A stretch of 64,000 nt of DNA from a virus. The position numbers and the translations under genes were made by a program. Below the pieces are notes generated by a model, which worked only from the letters and a program-made list of their open reading frames with translations, had not been told where the DNA came from and ran no database searches. The stretch lies in the IMG/VR virus record IMGVR_UViG_3300037518_000459; one strand, 5' to 3'. Shown here piece after piece: positions 16,624 to 26,049 of the stretch; positions within the stretch are counted from its first letter, which is position 1; every line of letters begins with the position of its first letter.

Positions 16624-16864
16624 GGTTCCGCTCCTCCTGAAGAAGTTCGATATTGACCCTCTCGCATTCCGCCAAGAACTGATCCCGAGCCGCGATGATG
16701 CGTTTGGCTTTGTCCCGCGGGATGCGCTCGATGATGTCGCCTCCGACATGGGCAATGTCCACACTCCCGTCCCCGTACTCGCCGAAGATGAACCAATCGG
16801 CAAATACTCCGGACTGGTGCTCTTGGATGTACTTCCAGCGGTAGGGCAAGCGTATAGCGTTCAA
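16616..16864 (-). CDS. Hypothetical protein, 82 aa, TTG start
   Basis: ORF track. Confidence 0.45.
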   Translation of the reverse strand: MNAIRLPYRWKYIQEHQSGVFADWFIFGEYGDGSVDIAHVGGDIIERIPRDKAKRIIAARDQFLAECERVNIELLQEERNHE

Positions 16865-16868
16865 TGCT

Positions 16869-18119
16869 TTACCCCTTCACGCACACGACTTGCTTGAGCA
16901 CCGTCGCCGGCTCGACAAGGTCCACCTGCGCGGCCATGACCGCGTCGATGTCCTTGTACGCGCGCGGGGACTCGTCGAGGACGGTTTCGTCCTTTCGGCA
17001 GTGCACGCCGTGCGTGTCGGCGGCGTGCTGCTCCTTGGTGATCGTGCGCCGCGCCGCCGTCCGGGACATGACCCGGCCGGCGCCGTGGGAGCACGAATGG
17101 AAGGACTCAGGATTCCCGAGCCCGCGAACGATGAAGGACTTCGCGCCCATCGAGCCGGGGATGATGCCCAGGTCGCCCTCGCGAGCGCGGACCGCGCCCT
17201 TGCGCGTGACGATCACGTTCTCCCCGAAGTGGTTCTCGATCGCGGCGTAGTTGTGGTGGCAGTGGATCAGGTCAGCCGCGCGCGGCGCCCGGTCCTCGCC
17301 CAGCGTCGCGTTGATCGCGCGCAGCGCCTGCCGCATCATCAGCAGGCGGTTCTCCCACGCGTAACGCTGGCACCAGTCGAGCGCGAACAGGTAGTCGTCG
17401 TACGCCTTCTCGCCGCGCGGGAAGAACGACAGGTCCTTGTTCGGGAGCTTCGAGTGCCACGCCGCGCACTTCTCCTGAGCGCGCGCGATGAAGTAGCGCG
17501 CGATCCGGTTCCCGATGCCGCGCGAGCCGGAGTGCAGCATCAGCCACACCGTATCGGTCCCGCGCTCCAGGCAGACTTCGATGAAGTGATTCCCGCCGCC
17601 CAGCGTGCCGAGCATGTTCCACGCGTGCGTGTGGGGCCTCGTGCGTCCTTGGGCGAATACGCCCCGATCGCGCTCCATCAGCTCATTGAGACCGGCGCGG
17701 AACTCGCGGTCGTAGACCTCCTTTACCTCTTCCAGCGGGCGCAGCTTCCATCCGCCTTCGTCCGTGTCGATGCGGCCGTGGTCCGAGCGCCCGTGCGGAA
17801 CGGCCACCTCGATCGCCGCGCGCAAGCGGTCTAGCCACCCGACGATCTCCGGCGCGCGCCAGCCCGTCGGGATCGCGAGCATGCCGCACCCGATGTCCAC
17901 CCCGACCGCTGCCGGGATGACGGCGTTCTTCGTCGCGATGACGGAGCCCACGGTGGCACCGAGCCCCCAGTGGGCGTCCGGCATCAGCGCGACGTGCTTG
18001 TGGATGAACGGGAGCCCCGCGATGTCGAGGGCCTGGGCCAGGGTCGCGTCGTCCATCGGAACCGCGCCGTTGCCGTCCCAGACCTTGACCGGCCGAGGGC
18101 TCGTGGAGAAAACCCTCAC
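16869..18119 (-). CDS. rtcB: RtcB RNA ligase (RNA-splicing ligase family), 416 aa, GTG start
   Basis: PVKVW...MPDAHWG...GGGNHFIE...HNYA...HSCSHGAGR motifs are diagnostic of RtcB; SD GGAGGTG. Confidence 0.9.
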   Translation of the reverse strand: MRVFSTSPRPVKVWDGNGAVPMDDATLAQALDIAGLPFIHKHVALMPDAHWGLGATVGSVIATKNAVIPAAVGVDIGCGMLAIPTGWRAPEIVGWLDRLRAAIEVAVPHGRSDHGRIDTDEGGWKLRPLEEVKEVYDREFRAGLNELMERDRGVFAQGRTRPHTHAWNMLGTLGGGNHFIEVCLERGTDTVWLMLHSGSRGIGNRIARYFIARAQEKCAAWHSKLPNKDLSFFPRGEKAYDDYLFALDWCQRYAWENRLLMMRQALRAINATLGEDRAPRAADLIHCHHNYAAIENHFGENVIVTRKGAVRAREGDLGIIPGSMGAKSFIVRGLGNPESFHSCSHGAGRVMSRTAARRTITKEQHAADTHGVHCRKDETVLDESPRAYKDIDAVMAAQVDLVEPATVLKQVVCVKG

Positions 18120-18463
18120 GACCGCACCTCCAGGTGCTTGGACAGCTCCACCATCTTGTCGAGGCTCAGGTGCGGGCCGAAGATCGCGTGCCCGTCGTAC
18201 GTGAACTGCTCCCGCGCCTCGTGCTCCTCGGCAGTGAGGACCGCCTTGAGTGCTGTCTGCACGATCTCGGCGTCCGTCATGTACCGGGACAAGCGCCACT
18301 TGCGGGACGTCCAGCTCCCATCGACGCCGTCTCTCGTGGGATCGATCGCGTTGAATCGGACCTGGAGCCACACGGACGAAGGGCCATCGGTACCGACGAC
18401 GAAGAGCCAGTTCTTGTACCGAACCCGGGTGAGAAGAGCGGCGGCCCGCTCGCGGAGGCTCAT
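18116..18463 (-). CDS. Hypothetical protein, 115 aa
   Basis: ORF track, SD GGGAGG; overlaps the RtcB start. Confidence 0.55.
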   Translation of the reverse strand: MSLRERAAALLTRVRYKNWLFVVGTDGPSSVWLQVRFNAIDPTRDGVDGSWTSRKWRLSRYMTDAEIVQTALKAVLTAEEHEAREQFTYDGHAIFGPHLSLDKMVELSKHLEVRS

Positions 18464-18771
18464 TTCTTCTGCCTCCCGCGTCCGAACAGCCCGCGGATCG
18501 CGCCGACCGCGCGCTGCAGGATCCCCTGCTGCTCCTGGCGCGGCGCGGCCTTCCCGCCCCGCAGCTCTTCCAGCTTGGCCTCGATGGCCTCGGCACGCTG
18601 CCGGGCCCGGAAGCCGCGCTTCGCGCCGCGCTCGTGCATACGCTCCAGGCGCTTCAGCACACGGCGCTGCTTCCGGTTGAACCCGGCGAAGGGGCCCTTC
18701 ACGTACCGGCCCCCCGTCTTCAGGTACTCCGTGACCAGCTTGTCGTTGGCCTTCGTCTCGTCCCAGCTCAT
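18460..18771 (-). CDS. Basic hypothetical protein, 103 aa
   Basis: Internal M (MSWDETK) with SD GAGGAGGGGG. Confidence 0.5.
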   Translation of the reverse strand: MSWDETKANDKLVTEYLKTGGRYVKGPFAGFNRKQRRVLKRLERMHERGAKRGFRARQRAEAIEAKLEELRGGKAAPRQEQQGILQRAVGAIRGLFGRGRQKK

Positions 18772-19034
18772 CGGGTCTCCCCCTCCTCTTCGCGCAGGAG
18801 CTTGCCGCCGCTTTCCAGCCAGTCTTCCCAATCCTGGTGCGGCGGCCCCAGGCGGTGCGTGTGACCGTAGCGCAGGGACTTCACAAGCAGGTCCCCTGCG
18901 TGATCCGGGAACGCGTAGGGATCGCGGGTCTTCCTGATGCTCAGGACCACGGCGATCGGTTCCCCCTTCTCGTTCAGCACCTTGTCGCCCGCCTTCGGGC
19001 GGTTGGCTGCGTAGTTGCTCGCGTCGATGATCAT
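18768..19034 (-). CDS. Hypothetical protein, 88 aa
   Basis: Internal M (MIIDASNY) with SD AAGGAG. Confidence 0.5.
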   Translation of the reverse strand: MIIDASNYAANRPKAGDKVLNEKGEPIAVVLSIRKTRDPYAFPDHAGDLLVKSLRYGHTHRLGPPHQDWEDWLESGGKLLREEEGETR

Positions 19035-19109
19035 CCTCGTGGCTCCTTCGAGGTGCGGAGGTGGAGGGAACCCAAGCCCCCGTGCTCGGGCCCCTCCATC
19101 CCGGGTGCC

Positions 19110-19175
19110 CCTGCTACCCGGCCTCCGACTTGACAATCCTACTGCCGAAGCAGGAGGGTTGTCAACTTGGTGCTT
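19110..19175 (-). promoter_or_regulatory. sigma70-like candidate promoter (TTGACA-N18-TAGGAT) inside the inverted repeat TTGACAA-N24-TTGTCAA
   Basis: Direct reading of the 326-bp intergenic region 19035-19361. Confidence 0.3.
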
Positions 19176-19265
19176 CGAGGTGCCTCGGCTCGAAGCTGCC
19201 CACCCCGATCGGGTATACGCTCTACGATGCAAGTAGCCGGTGGGCCCCGCCCCTTCAACCGGTAG

Positions 19266-19290
19266 CTGCACTTCCCGTGCCAATCTACTA
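19266..19290 (-). promoter_or_regulatory. sigma54-type -24/-12 promoter-like element (rc GATTGGCACGGGAAGTGCAGCT), leftward
   Basis: TGGCACG-N4-GTGC, the same architecture as at 2181, 3834 and 31655. Confidence 0.45.
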
Positions 19291-19325
19291 GCTTAGCCCT
19301 GATTAGTGGTTCCTTGACAACCAGT

Positions 19326-19372
19326 GGCAGCTCGCCGTTGCAAATTGCGAACGCTTCGGCATTATGCGAACG
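19326..19372. promoter_or_regulatory. Upstream repeat element CCGTTGCAAATTGCGAACGCTTCGGCATTATGCGAACGG
   Basis: Shares the GCCGTTGCAAAaTGCGgACGC core with the 2276-2300 element; overlaps the 3' end of the primase gene. Confidence 0.45.
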
Positions 19373-21797
19373 GCTTCTGCTCATCGTCGGGTGCGTCCAT
19401 CACAGTTTCCCACTCGTAGGGTCCGCCGTAATGCTCGTCCCAGTGCTCGCGGCACTTCTTCAGAGGCGGAATCACGTAGGCCCACGGGCGTGCGTAGGTC
19501 TGGTCCGTCCCGCCGATGGACAACGTCAGCGGCTCGGGCTGCTGCTTGCGAGTTGGTCCGCCGGGGATCGCTTTCTTCAGCAGCTGTCCGACCGCCGTGG
19601 AGTTGCCGCGCCGCGTGCTGGAGATGCCCCAGCCGCGGAGGTAATTAGCGTAGTCCAGCGCCAGTTCCTCGACGTGCACCAGGGGCCTCCAGCCTCCGTG
19701 CTTCGGCAGAACCGTGCCGTCCTGCAGTTTCGAGTACCACCAGCGTTCGACGGGCTTCATCGTATGGAGCTTCTGTTCCCGGAGGGCATCCGTCTTCGGC
19801 ACGTCGCGCACGTTGAACTTCGAGATGTCCAGGTTAAGCAGCAGGTACAGGAGCGCCTCCCGTCCGCCGTTGTCCATCTGCTTGCGGATCGCCTCGAAGT
19901 ATGTGGTGTCCTGCTTATGGTTGGAGGAGACGCGCAGTACGAAGAAGCGCCGCTCCTCCAGGGCCGCGGGGATCACGTGGTCGTCGTTGGACGCCATCAG
20001 GATGTGCAGGCAGTTGGGCGCCACCTCGGAGTCCACGCCCTTCGGCTCGACCATGATCGTGGGCTCCGTGACGTATGCCTTGAGCGTCGAGATGTGCCGC
20101 GGGTCCCCGGCGAAGAACGCCTCGTCAGGGAAGAGCACCGCGCAATCCCGCAGGTGCGCGTTGAACTGCCCGGTGAAGTGATGCGAGCTGGACACGTGCA
20201 CGAAGTGATGGCCCCACAGCGTGCCGAACTGGAGGATGGCCGTGCCCTTGCCGGTCCCCTGCTCGCCCTGCAGCACCACCGCGACGTGCCCGGGCTCGTA
20301 CGGAATCTGCACCGCGCGAGCCATCCACCCGAGCAGGTATTCGTAGTGCTCTTGGTTGCCACTGCAGATCGTGTTTCGTAGCAGATCGAGGTACAAGTCG
20401 CAGTCGCCCTGGACCGCGGAGCAGTTGAACCCGCGCCACAGGTTGTACGCGTTGCCCTTCACCTTGCGCCCAGGGGCGAAGACGATCGTGTCGTACTGCC
20501 GGCGAAGCGGGTGCTGCATCCACCACTTGCCGAGCGGCATCCGGATGGGCCTCCCCTTGTCGTCGGTGCCCAGGTCCACCATCTGGTTCATGTAGCGCGT
20601 CAGCACGTCTTCCTTGGTCTGCCGGCTGATGCGCCACCGTTCCAGCGACGGGTCCCAGACCTCACTGATGACCCGGCACTTGCCACCCATGTCCCCGATG
20701 ACCGCGTGCTTCTCGTTCATGTCAGCCAGCATCGGGTTCCCGTCCGGGCCCGCGGCCAGCTTGGCCTTGCCGATCTGGCGTCGCGCCTCTTCCTCCGGAC
20801 GGCGCCGCTCCAGTACGCACTCCGAGATGCCGAACCGCTCGTCCGTGATGATGGAGTACATGACGTCGTCCTCGACGCCCGCGCGCACGAGGGCAGTCAG
20901 CACCGCGAACAGGGCAGCGCTGCGATCCACCTCGTTGCTGTTCGGCTTCCGGTACTTCTGCGGCTCCTCCGGATCGTAGCCCCGGACGATGATAGCCTTG
21001 GTCCGGTTGCTGACCTCCGCCGGCAGCTCGTCGAGGGTCGAGGACACCGGCTGGATGTTGCCCGACAGCTTCACGAGGTCGTGGTAGGCCCCCGCGAGGT
21101 TCCCACCGCCGGTCGGACCGCTACCCGCCTGGACCGCGACCGCGGGGGTGAACCGGCTCAGGGGGTACACGCGGGACTCGTCCCACTCCACCACCTGCGC
21201 CAGCTGCTCGGTCCGTCCCTTCGCTCGCTTCTTCTCGTTGGGGATGTTCACGGTCCCGGGGAGGCGCATGAGGCGATCGACGTTGTGGCACTGGTCGGCA
21301 CCGAACACCAGCTCCAGCTGCTGGTTCCAGCGCTTCGCCTCCTCGGCCTTGTCCACGTCCCCGTCGATGGGGAAGGGCTCCGAGAGCCGCCAGAATCCCT
21401 GGTAGCCCCCGCCCGAGAACACGATCACCGTGGGCGCAGGGACGCCCGCCGGGAGCTTCTCGGTCAGGAGCTTGAGCGCACGCCGCTGCTCCAGCTCCAG
21501 GTCCTCGCCGGCACGCGGGTCGATGTCCACGTGCAGCCACGCGAGGGCCCGGATGTCCTGGCGCTCCGCCTTCTTCGTCAGGGGCCCGGTGACCGGGTTG
21601 ACGTGGAAGTACAGGTTGCGCGTCTCGTTCTGTTTGGCCACCCAGGCGAGCAGGTCCTTCGCGTCCGATTCCACGAACGTGCGCGTGGTGATCGCGCGCT
21701 GCTCGGCAGCGATCGCGGTCAGGACCCAGAGACCGTCCGGGTCCCATCGGCGCAGGAAGTCCAGCGCCGCCTGGGGATCAGTACGGGGGCAGGTCAT
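19362..21797 (-). CDS. Primase-helicase, 811 aa (prim-pol/primase-like N-terminal region plus D5-like SF3 helicase C-terminal region)
   Basis: Walker A GEQGTGKGT in the C-terminal NTPase and a P4/D5-like architecture. Confidence 0.8.
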   Translation of the reverse strand: MTCPRTDPQAALDFLRRWDPDGLWVLTAIAAEQRAITTRTFVESDAKDLLAWVAKQNETRNLYFHVNPVTGPLTKKAERQDIRALAWLHVDIDPRAGEDLELEQRRALKLLTEKLPAGVPAPTVIVFSGGGYQGFWRLSEPFPIDGDVDKAEEAKRWNQQLELVFGADQCHNVDRLMRLPGTVNIPNEKKRAKGRTEQLAQVVEWDESRVYPLSRFTPAVAVQAGSGPTGGGNLAGAYHDLVKLSGNIQPVSSTLDELPAEVSNRTKAIIVRGYDPEEPQKYRKPNSNEVDRSAALFAVLTALVRAGVEDDVMYSIITDERFGISECVLERRRPEEEARRQIGKAKLAAGPDGNPMLADMNEKHAVIGDMGGKCRVISEVWDPSLERWRISRQTKEDVLTRYMNQMVDLGTDDKGRPIRMPLGKWWMQHPLRRQYDTIVFAPGRKVKGNAYNLWRGFNCSAVQGDCDLYLDLLRNTICSGNQEHYEYLLGWMARAVQIPYEPGHVAVVLQGEQGTGKGTAILQFGTLWGHHFVHVSSSHHFTGQFNAHLRDCAVLFPDEAFFAGDPRHISTLKAYVTEPTIMVEPKGVDSEVAPNCLHILMASNDDHVIPAALEERRFFVLRVSSNHKQDTTYFEAIRKQMDNGGREALLYLLLNLDISKFNVRDVPKTDALREQKLHTMKPVERWWYSKLQDGTVLPKHGGWRPLVHVEELALDYANYLRGWGISSTRRGNSTAVGQLLKKAIPGGPTRKQQPEPLTLSIGGTDQTYARPWAYVIPPLKKCREHWDEHYGGPYEWETVMDAPDDEQKPFA

Positions 21798-21804
21798 GGG
21801 ATCC

Positions 21805-22134
21805 CTAGATCCCCCAGAAGGCGGTCAGCGTCTCCACGGGCGCGGTACCGCGCTCCATGCGCGAGAGCCAGTAGCGCGACACCCCGATCTTCTTGGCGAC
21901 TTCCCCGGCCGTCAGGCCCTTGCGCCGGCGCAGCATGAAGCACTCCTCGTGCGGTTCGAGGATGCCGATCGCCGGGCCGCCGCTCTTGATCTCGTCGGTC
22001 TCCAGCTGCAGCCACTCGTAGAGCGAGACACCAGCGGCGTCCGCGGCCTCACCCTGGGACAGGTTCTGACGACGGCGCTCGATCAGGCGTCGCTCGCCGG
22101 CGGTGAGGTCGGCGGTACGGATTCGGTCAGGCAT
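21805..22134 (-). CDS. Helix-turn-helix DNA-binding protein, 109 aa
   Basis: Two HTH-like segments (GEAADAAGVSLYEW; AGEVAKKIGVSRYWLSRMERG); SD GAGGAG. Confidence 0.65.
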   Translation of the reverse strand: MPDRIRTADLTAGERRLIERRRQNLSQGEAADAAGVSLYEWLQLETDEIKSGGPAIGILEPHEECFMLRRRKGLTAGEVAKKIGVSRYWLSRMERGTAPVETLTAFWGI

Positions 22135-22526
22135 CGGATGAACTCCTCTTCGATCAGGCCATCAGGCCAGTGACCCAGGGCGCGCTGCACGAGGAACTCC
22201 CGTGGCGTGTACCCCAGGTATTTCGCGGCGACGTCGCCGCGGAACAACATGTACTCCCGGGCGCCGACCCGGAGGAGCACGAAGGCGCGCCCCCCGTGGC
22301 GGCAGCGCCGGGACAACCACACGCGCTGCGCCGGCGTGAAGTGGTCCAGCGCGAGGCGCGTCCCCGGGCGCTTCGGCCACCCGGGAGAAACCTTCAACTC
22401 GATCCACCCGTCGCGGTAATTGACGTCCGGCACGCCGCACCGGATGGCGTCCTCGATGCGCTGGGGATCCAGCCCGTTGCGCTTCAGCTGCCCCACGACG
22501 TTGCGGCTAAGGATCTTCTCGCTCAC
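22083..22526 (-). CDS. VRR-NUC domain nuclease, 147 aa, GTG start
   Basis: GVPDVNYRDGWIELKVSPG...TPAQRVWL matches the VRR-NUC pattern. Confidence 0.65.
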   Translation of the reverse strand: MSEKILSRNVVGQLKRNGLDPQRIEDAIRCGVPDVNYRDGWIELKVSPGWPKRPGTRLALDHFTPAQRVWLSRRCRHGGRAFVLLRVGAREYMLFRGDVAAKYLGYTPREFLVQRALGHWPDGLIEEEFIRCLTESVPPTSPPASDA

Positions 22527-24484
22527 TCCACTTCTCCCCAGCTGGGGCCCACGGCGGGGTCGACGCGGGACACGCACTGCAGCTCCAGGCACGTCTCCAT
22601 GAGCCGCGCGCAGAACGAGGCAGCTTCCGGCGACTCAAAGTTGCCGTCCAGCTCGTCGTGCACCTGGAGCCGGATGTCGTAACCCGCGTCGACCGCCGCG
22701 ATCATCGCGAGCTTGGTCTGGTCAGCGGCCGTGCCCTGCACGTACTTGTTGAACGCCTTGTGCAGGAAGTCGTAGCCGTTGCCTGCGCCCTTGCTCGGGA
22801 AGTGCAGGCGCCGACCGCCGGCCGTGGTGATGTAGCCCTTGCGCGCGGCGACGGCCTTCGCGAGCCGCTGCAGCTCCGACAGGAACGGCACCGCGGCGTC
22901 GATGGCGTTGACGATGCCCTCCGTCGCAAGCCCCACCGGCACTAGGAACACGCGCCCGTCCGCCTGGGTCTCCTCCGCGTACGGGAGCCCGAGCTGCATC
23001 GCCAGCTTCCCGAGGCCCGCACCGTAGGCGCGCGCGAGGCCCGCGATCTTGCACTGATCCCGGGTGACGTCCGCCCCTCCGGCGCGCGCCAGGGCCGTGA
23101 CCATGTCGTGGAAGTCCGTCGTGTCCGGCTCCTCGCGGTAGCGGCGCGCGAACTCCGCGGCGCCCCTCAGCCCCTGGGCCACGCCCGCGTGCACCATGAT
23201 CCGGGGCTCCTGCGACGAGTAGTCGAGCTTCCCCCACAAGGCGCCGGGCTCCGGGACGTAGATGCGGCGCCACATGGCCCCGATCTCCCCACGGCGCGGC
23301 TGCTGGTGCAGGTTGGGGGCCTTCAAGGACAAGCGCCCCGTGATCGTGCCGTCCAGGTCGCTCCCGTCGTCCTGGCGCTTGAGCTGGTTGAACGTCGCGT
23401 GCACACGGCCGTCCGCGCCCAGGAAGCGGCGGATAGACGCGCAGAACGTGCGGCGCAGCTTGTCGGCCTTCTTGGCCGCGAGGATCGCGTCGGCCACCGG
23501 GTGGTCGATGAGCCGCAGCGCCTCGGCGGTGACCTCGTAGTCGACGGGCCGGAGTTCGAGCCCGGCCGCCAGCCGCTTCGCGCCGCCCGCGGTCAGGGAG
23601 AACCTGGAGCGGGAGAAGCCGGCCTCCTCCAGCGCGGGCAGGAGGGCCCCCTTGTCTCCCAGCTCGTCGGGGTCGATCCGCCGCCCCGTGTGGTAGCGGA
23701 CGACCTCCAGCTCCTTGCGCGCCTCGGCCAGGGACCACGCCTCCACGTGGGCCAACTGGTCCTGGTCGATCAGGACGCCCTTCTGCCGCATCCCGAGGAG
23801 GATCGGGAGGACCCTGCACTCCATCTCCCACACGCTCCACAGTTCCTTCTCCTCGATCTCCCGCTCCTGTCGGCGGAGCGCGAGGAGGGGGCCCACGGCG
23901 TCCTGCTCCGCGTAGGCCCCGACGTGGGAAGCAGGTAGCCGCCAGAGGTTCCCCTTCACGGACGCGGAGAAGCCCCAGGCCCTGGCCGCTTCGCGCAGGT
24001 GGGACTCGTCCTTGCCGGGTACCCCCCAGCGGCCCAAGACGGCCTCCAAGGTGTAGGAGTGGTGCAGCTCGTAGATCACGGGGTCCGCCACCTGCACGTC
24101 CTTGAACCACTTCGCCGCGGCGAACACGACGTCGTTCGCCGCGAGCCAGTCGAGGTCGTACTGCAGGTTGGCCCCGACGATCGTACCCTGGAACCGATCC
24201 GCTTGATCTTGCAGGTAGCGCCACACGTGCTTCGGGTCCAGGTTCCCGCCGCCCTCGTGGGCGATCGGTAGGTAGTAGGCTCCCCCGTCCTCGATGGCGA
24301 ACGACACGCCGACCACGTACGCGTCGTCCGTGCGGCGCAGTCCGGTGCCGTTCTTCCCGAAGTCCGACGGCTCTCGGGTCTCGACGTCCACGGACACGCG
24401 TCCGTGCACAGGCCACGCCGGCAGCTCCGACACCGGCGTGGGCGTCCACGTGGACGACGGCTCGACGAGGGGGCGCTTGATCAC
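22523..24484 (-). CDS. Family A DNA polymerase (PolA-like) with 3'-5' exonuclease domain, 653 aa
   Basis: Exo motifs VDVETRE and YDLDWL, a polymerase motif resembling DYSQIELR (DYSSQEPRIMVH), and motif C QVHDELD. Confidence 0.9.
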   Translation of the reverse strand: MIKRPLVEPSSTWTPTPVSELPAWPVHGRVSVDVETREPSDFGKNGTGLRRTDDAYVVGVSFAIEDGGAYYLPIAHEGGGNLDPKHVWRYLQDQADRFQGTIVGANLQYDLDWLAANDVVFAAAKWFKDVQVADPVIYELHHSYTLEAVLGRWGVPGKDESHLREAARAWGFSASVKGNLWRLPASHVGAYAEQDAVGPLLALRRQEREIEEKELWSVWEMECRVLPILLGMRQKGVLIDQDQLAHVEAWSLAEARKELEVVRYHTGRRIDPDELGDKGALLPALEEAGFSRSRFSLTAGGAKRLAAGLELRPVDYEVTAEALRLIDHPVADAILAAKKADKLRRTFCASIRRFLGADGRVHATFNQLKRQDDGSDLDGTITGRLSLKAPNLHQQPRRGEIGAMWRRIYVPEPGALWGKLDYSSQEPRIMVHAGVAQGLRGAAEFARRYREEPDTTDFHDMVTALARAGGADVTRDQCKIAGLARAYGAGLGKLAMQLGLPYAEETQADGRVFLVPVGLATEGIVNAIDAAVPFLSELQRLAKAVAARKGYITTAGGRRLHFPSKGAGNGYDFLHKAFNKYVQGTAADQTKLAMIAAVDAGYDIRLQVHDELDGNFESPEAASFCARLMETCLELQCVSRVDPAVGPSWGEVE

Positions 24485-24963
24485 GGTTCCACGTCCTCGA
24501 AGGTGATCAGCCCCGCGTCGCGCAGCTGCGTGAGTGCCTGCATGACGTGGCGCGTGACGTTGAACACCGTGGTAGGTGAGAATGAGCCCGTGGGGTTCTT
24601 ACGCACACTCAACGTGCGCAGCGGCTCGGACGGCTCCTCGCGCTCGCGCAGGACCTGCCGCACGTACTGCACCGCGTCCAACAGCTCCTGGTACAAGTCG
24701 ACCAGCCCGTCGCGGCCGTTGCGCGCGCGCAGGGGCACGCCGTACTTGGCGATGCCCATGCGCTTCTTCTCCGCGATGTCCGCGATCACGAGGTCCGCGA
24801 CGTCTGGCTCGTCGTCGCGGTTCACGGGCGGCGGCTCCGGGGCAACAGGATTGCTGTCACGAGGTACGAAGTCCAGGCAAGAGCACCCCAGTACGAGGCA
24901 CTGACTGAGGCGCTCCCAGGTTGCGTGCGTAGTTCCGTCGTGGCCGCAACGGCAGATAGACAT
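24481..24963 (-). CDS. Hypothetical Cys/His-containing protein, 160 aa
   Basis: Internal M (MSICRCGHDG) with SD GGAGG. Confidence 0.55.
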   Translation of the reverse strand: MSICRCGHDGTTHATWERLSQCLVLGCSCLDFVPRDSNPVAPEPPPVNRDDEPDVADLVIADIAEKKRMGIAKYGVPLRARNGRDGLVDLYQELLDAVQYVRQVLREREEPSEPLRTLSVRKNPTGSFSPTTVFNVTRHVMQALTQLRDAGLITFEDVEP

Positions 24964-25625
24964 CACTTGTCCTCCAGGTGCTCGTCCGTGCGCACCCAGG
25001 ACAGCGCGTCCAGGAAGTCCGCCGCGCGCGGGGGCAGGGCCATGCGACCCAGCTCCTCGGCACCGCGGCGCTCGATCGCGGAAGCGTGCTGGTTGCCCCC
25101 GGCGAGCTGGTCCAGGGCCCACTGCCGCAGCTCGATCCGGTCCACCGCCTTGACCCAGGCCGTGGACTCTGCGTCCAGGTCGTTCAGGAAGTCAAGCCCC
25201 AGCTTCCGGTTCACGTCCTCCGCGGCGCGTTCGTGGGCCTCCCCCAGCTCGGGGTACTTCCACTTCGCGGGCCCGTACAGGTCCCCAAGCCACCGCTCGT
25301 GCGTGTCGTGGAAGAGCACCGCGAGCAGCAGCTTCCCGGCCGGCGACTGCTCCAGCTCGTGCTGGAGGGTCGGATGCAGGATCAGAAGCAGGAGCGCCGC
25401 GTTGTAGCTGTGCCACCCCACGGAGTAGCTGCCGTGGTGCGGGGTACCGTGGCAACGCTCGACCGAACTGGCCTCCCGCAGGCGCGTGGCCTTGAGCACC
25501 GCGGCCGCCGCGTCGAAGCTCTCGGGGCACGGCTTACGGTCCGCGGTCTCCACGCCCGGGAAGAGGCCGTTGCACCGCGTGCAGCGCACGCCGCCCAGGG
25601 TACGCACCAGCTCATGGCTTTCCAT
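24963..25625 (-). CDS. HD-domain phosphohydrolase, YfbR-like 5'-deoxynucleotidase family, 220 aa
   Basis: HSYNAALLLLILHP...LFHDTHERWLGD matches the HD motif arrangement of YfbR-type dNMP phosphatases. Confidence 0.7.
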   Translation of the reverse strand: MESHELVRTLGGVRCTRCNGLFPGVETADRKPCPESFDAAAAVLKATRLREASSVERCHGTPHHGSYSVGWHSYNAALLLLILHPTLQHELEQSPAGKLLLAVLFHDTHERWLGDLYGPAKWKYPELGEAHERAAEDVNRKLGLDFLNDLDAESTAWVKAVDRIELRQWALDQLAGGNQHASAIERRGAEELGRMALPPRAADFLDALSWVRTDEHLEDK

Positions 25626-26049
25626 TCGGCTTCTCCTCCGGGATCAGGTACTCGGCGTCCGTGTGCACCCCGACCAGCTCCGAGCGCACCCGGGTGAGGA
25701 GGATGCGCTGCTGCTTCGAGAGCCGCTGACGACTCCAGCCGCGCGGAGCCTCGCGGTCGCCCAGGAGGAAGTCCAGGACCTCCCCCGCGGAGCGAACGCG
25801 ACTGAAGATGCTGCCGGCGATCTGGAAGCTGGTCGGGCGCCCGGGACGCAGGCGCTCCCACCGGCCGAACGACTTCAGGTAGGGGCGACCCAGGAGCACC
25901 AGCCGGTTCACGGTCCTGTCCTTCCCCTCGAAGGGGCGGCCCCAACCGGTGGCCCACCGCCCCATCCACAGCATCCACACCTCGCTGTTCGTCTTCTCGT
26001 CGTACAGGCGCCGCGGCCAGCCGACGCGGTTCCAGAGCTTCTTGATCAA
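25612..26049 (-). CDS. Hypothetical Trp-rich protein, 145 aa, TTG start
   Basis: Protein-like C-terminus of ORF 25612..26505, with the TTG inside the TTGA overlap with the helicase stop. Confidence 0.45.
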   Translation of the reverse strand: MIKKLWNRVGWPRRLYDEKTNSEVWMLWMGRWATGWGRPFEGKDRTVNRLVLLGRPYLKSFGRWERLRPGRPTSFQIAGSIFSRVRSAGEVLDFLLGDREAPRGWSRQRLSKQQRILLTRVRSELVGVHTDAEYLIPEEKPNGKP

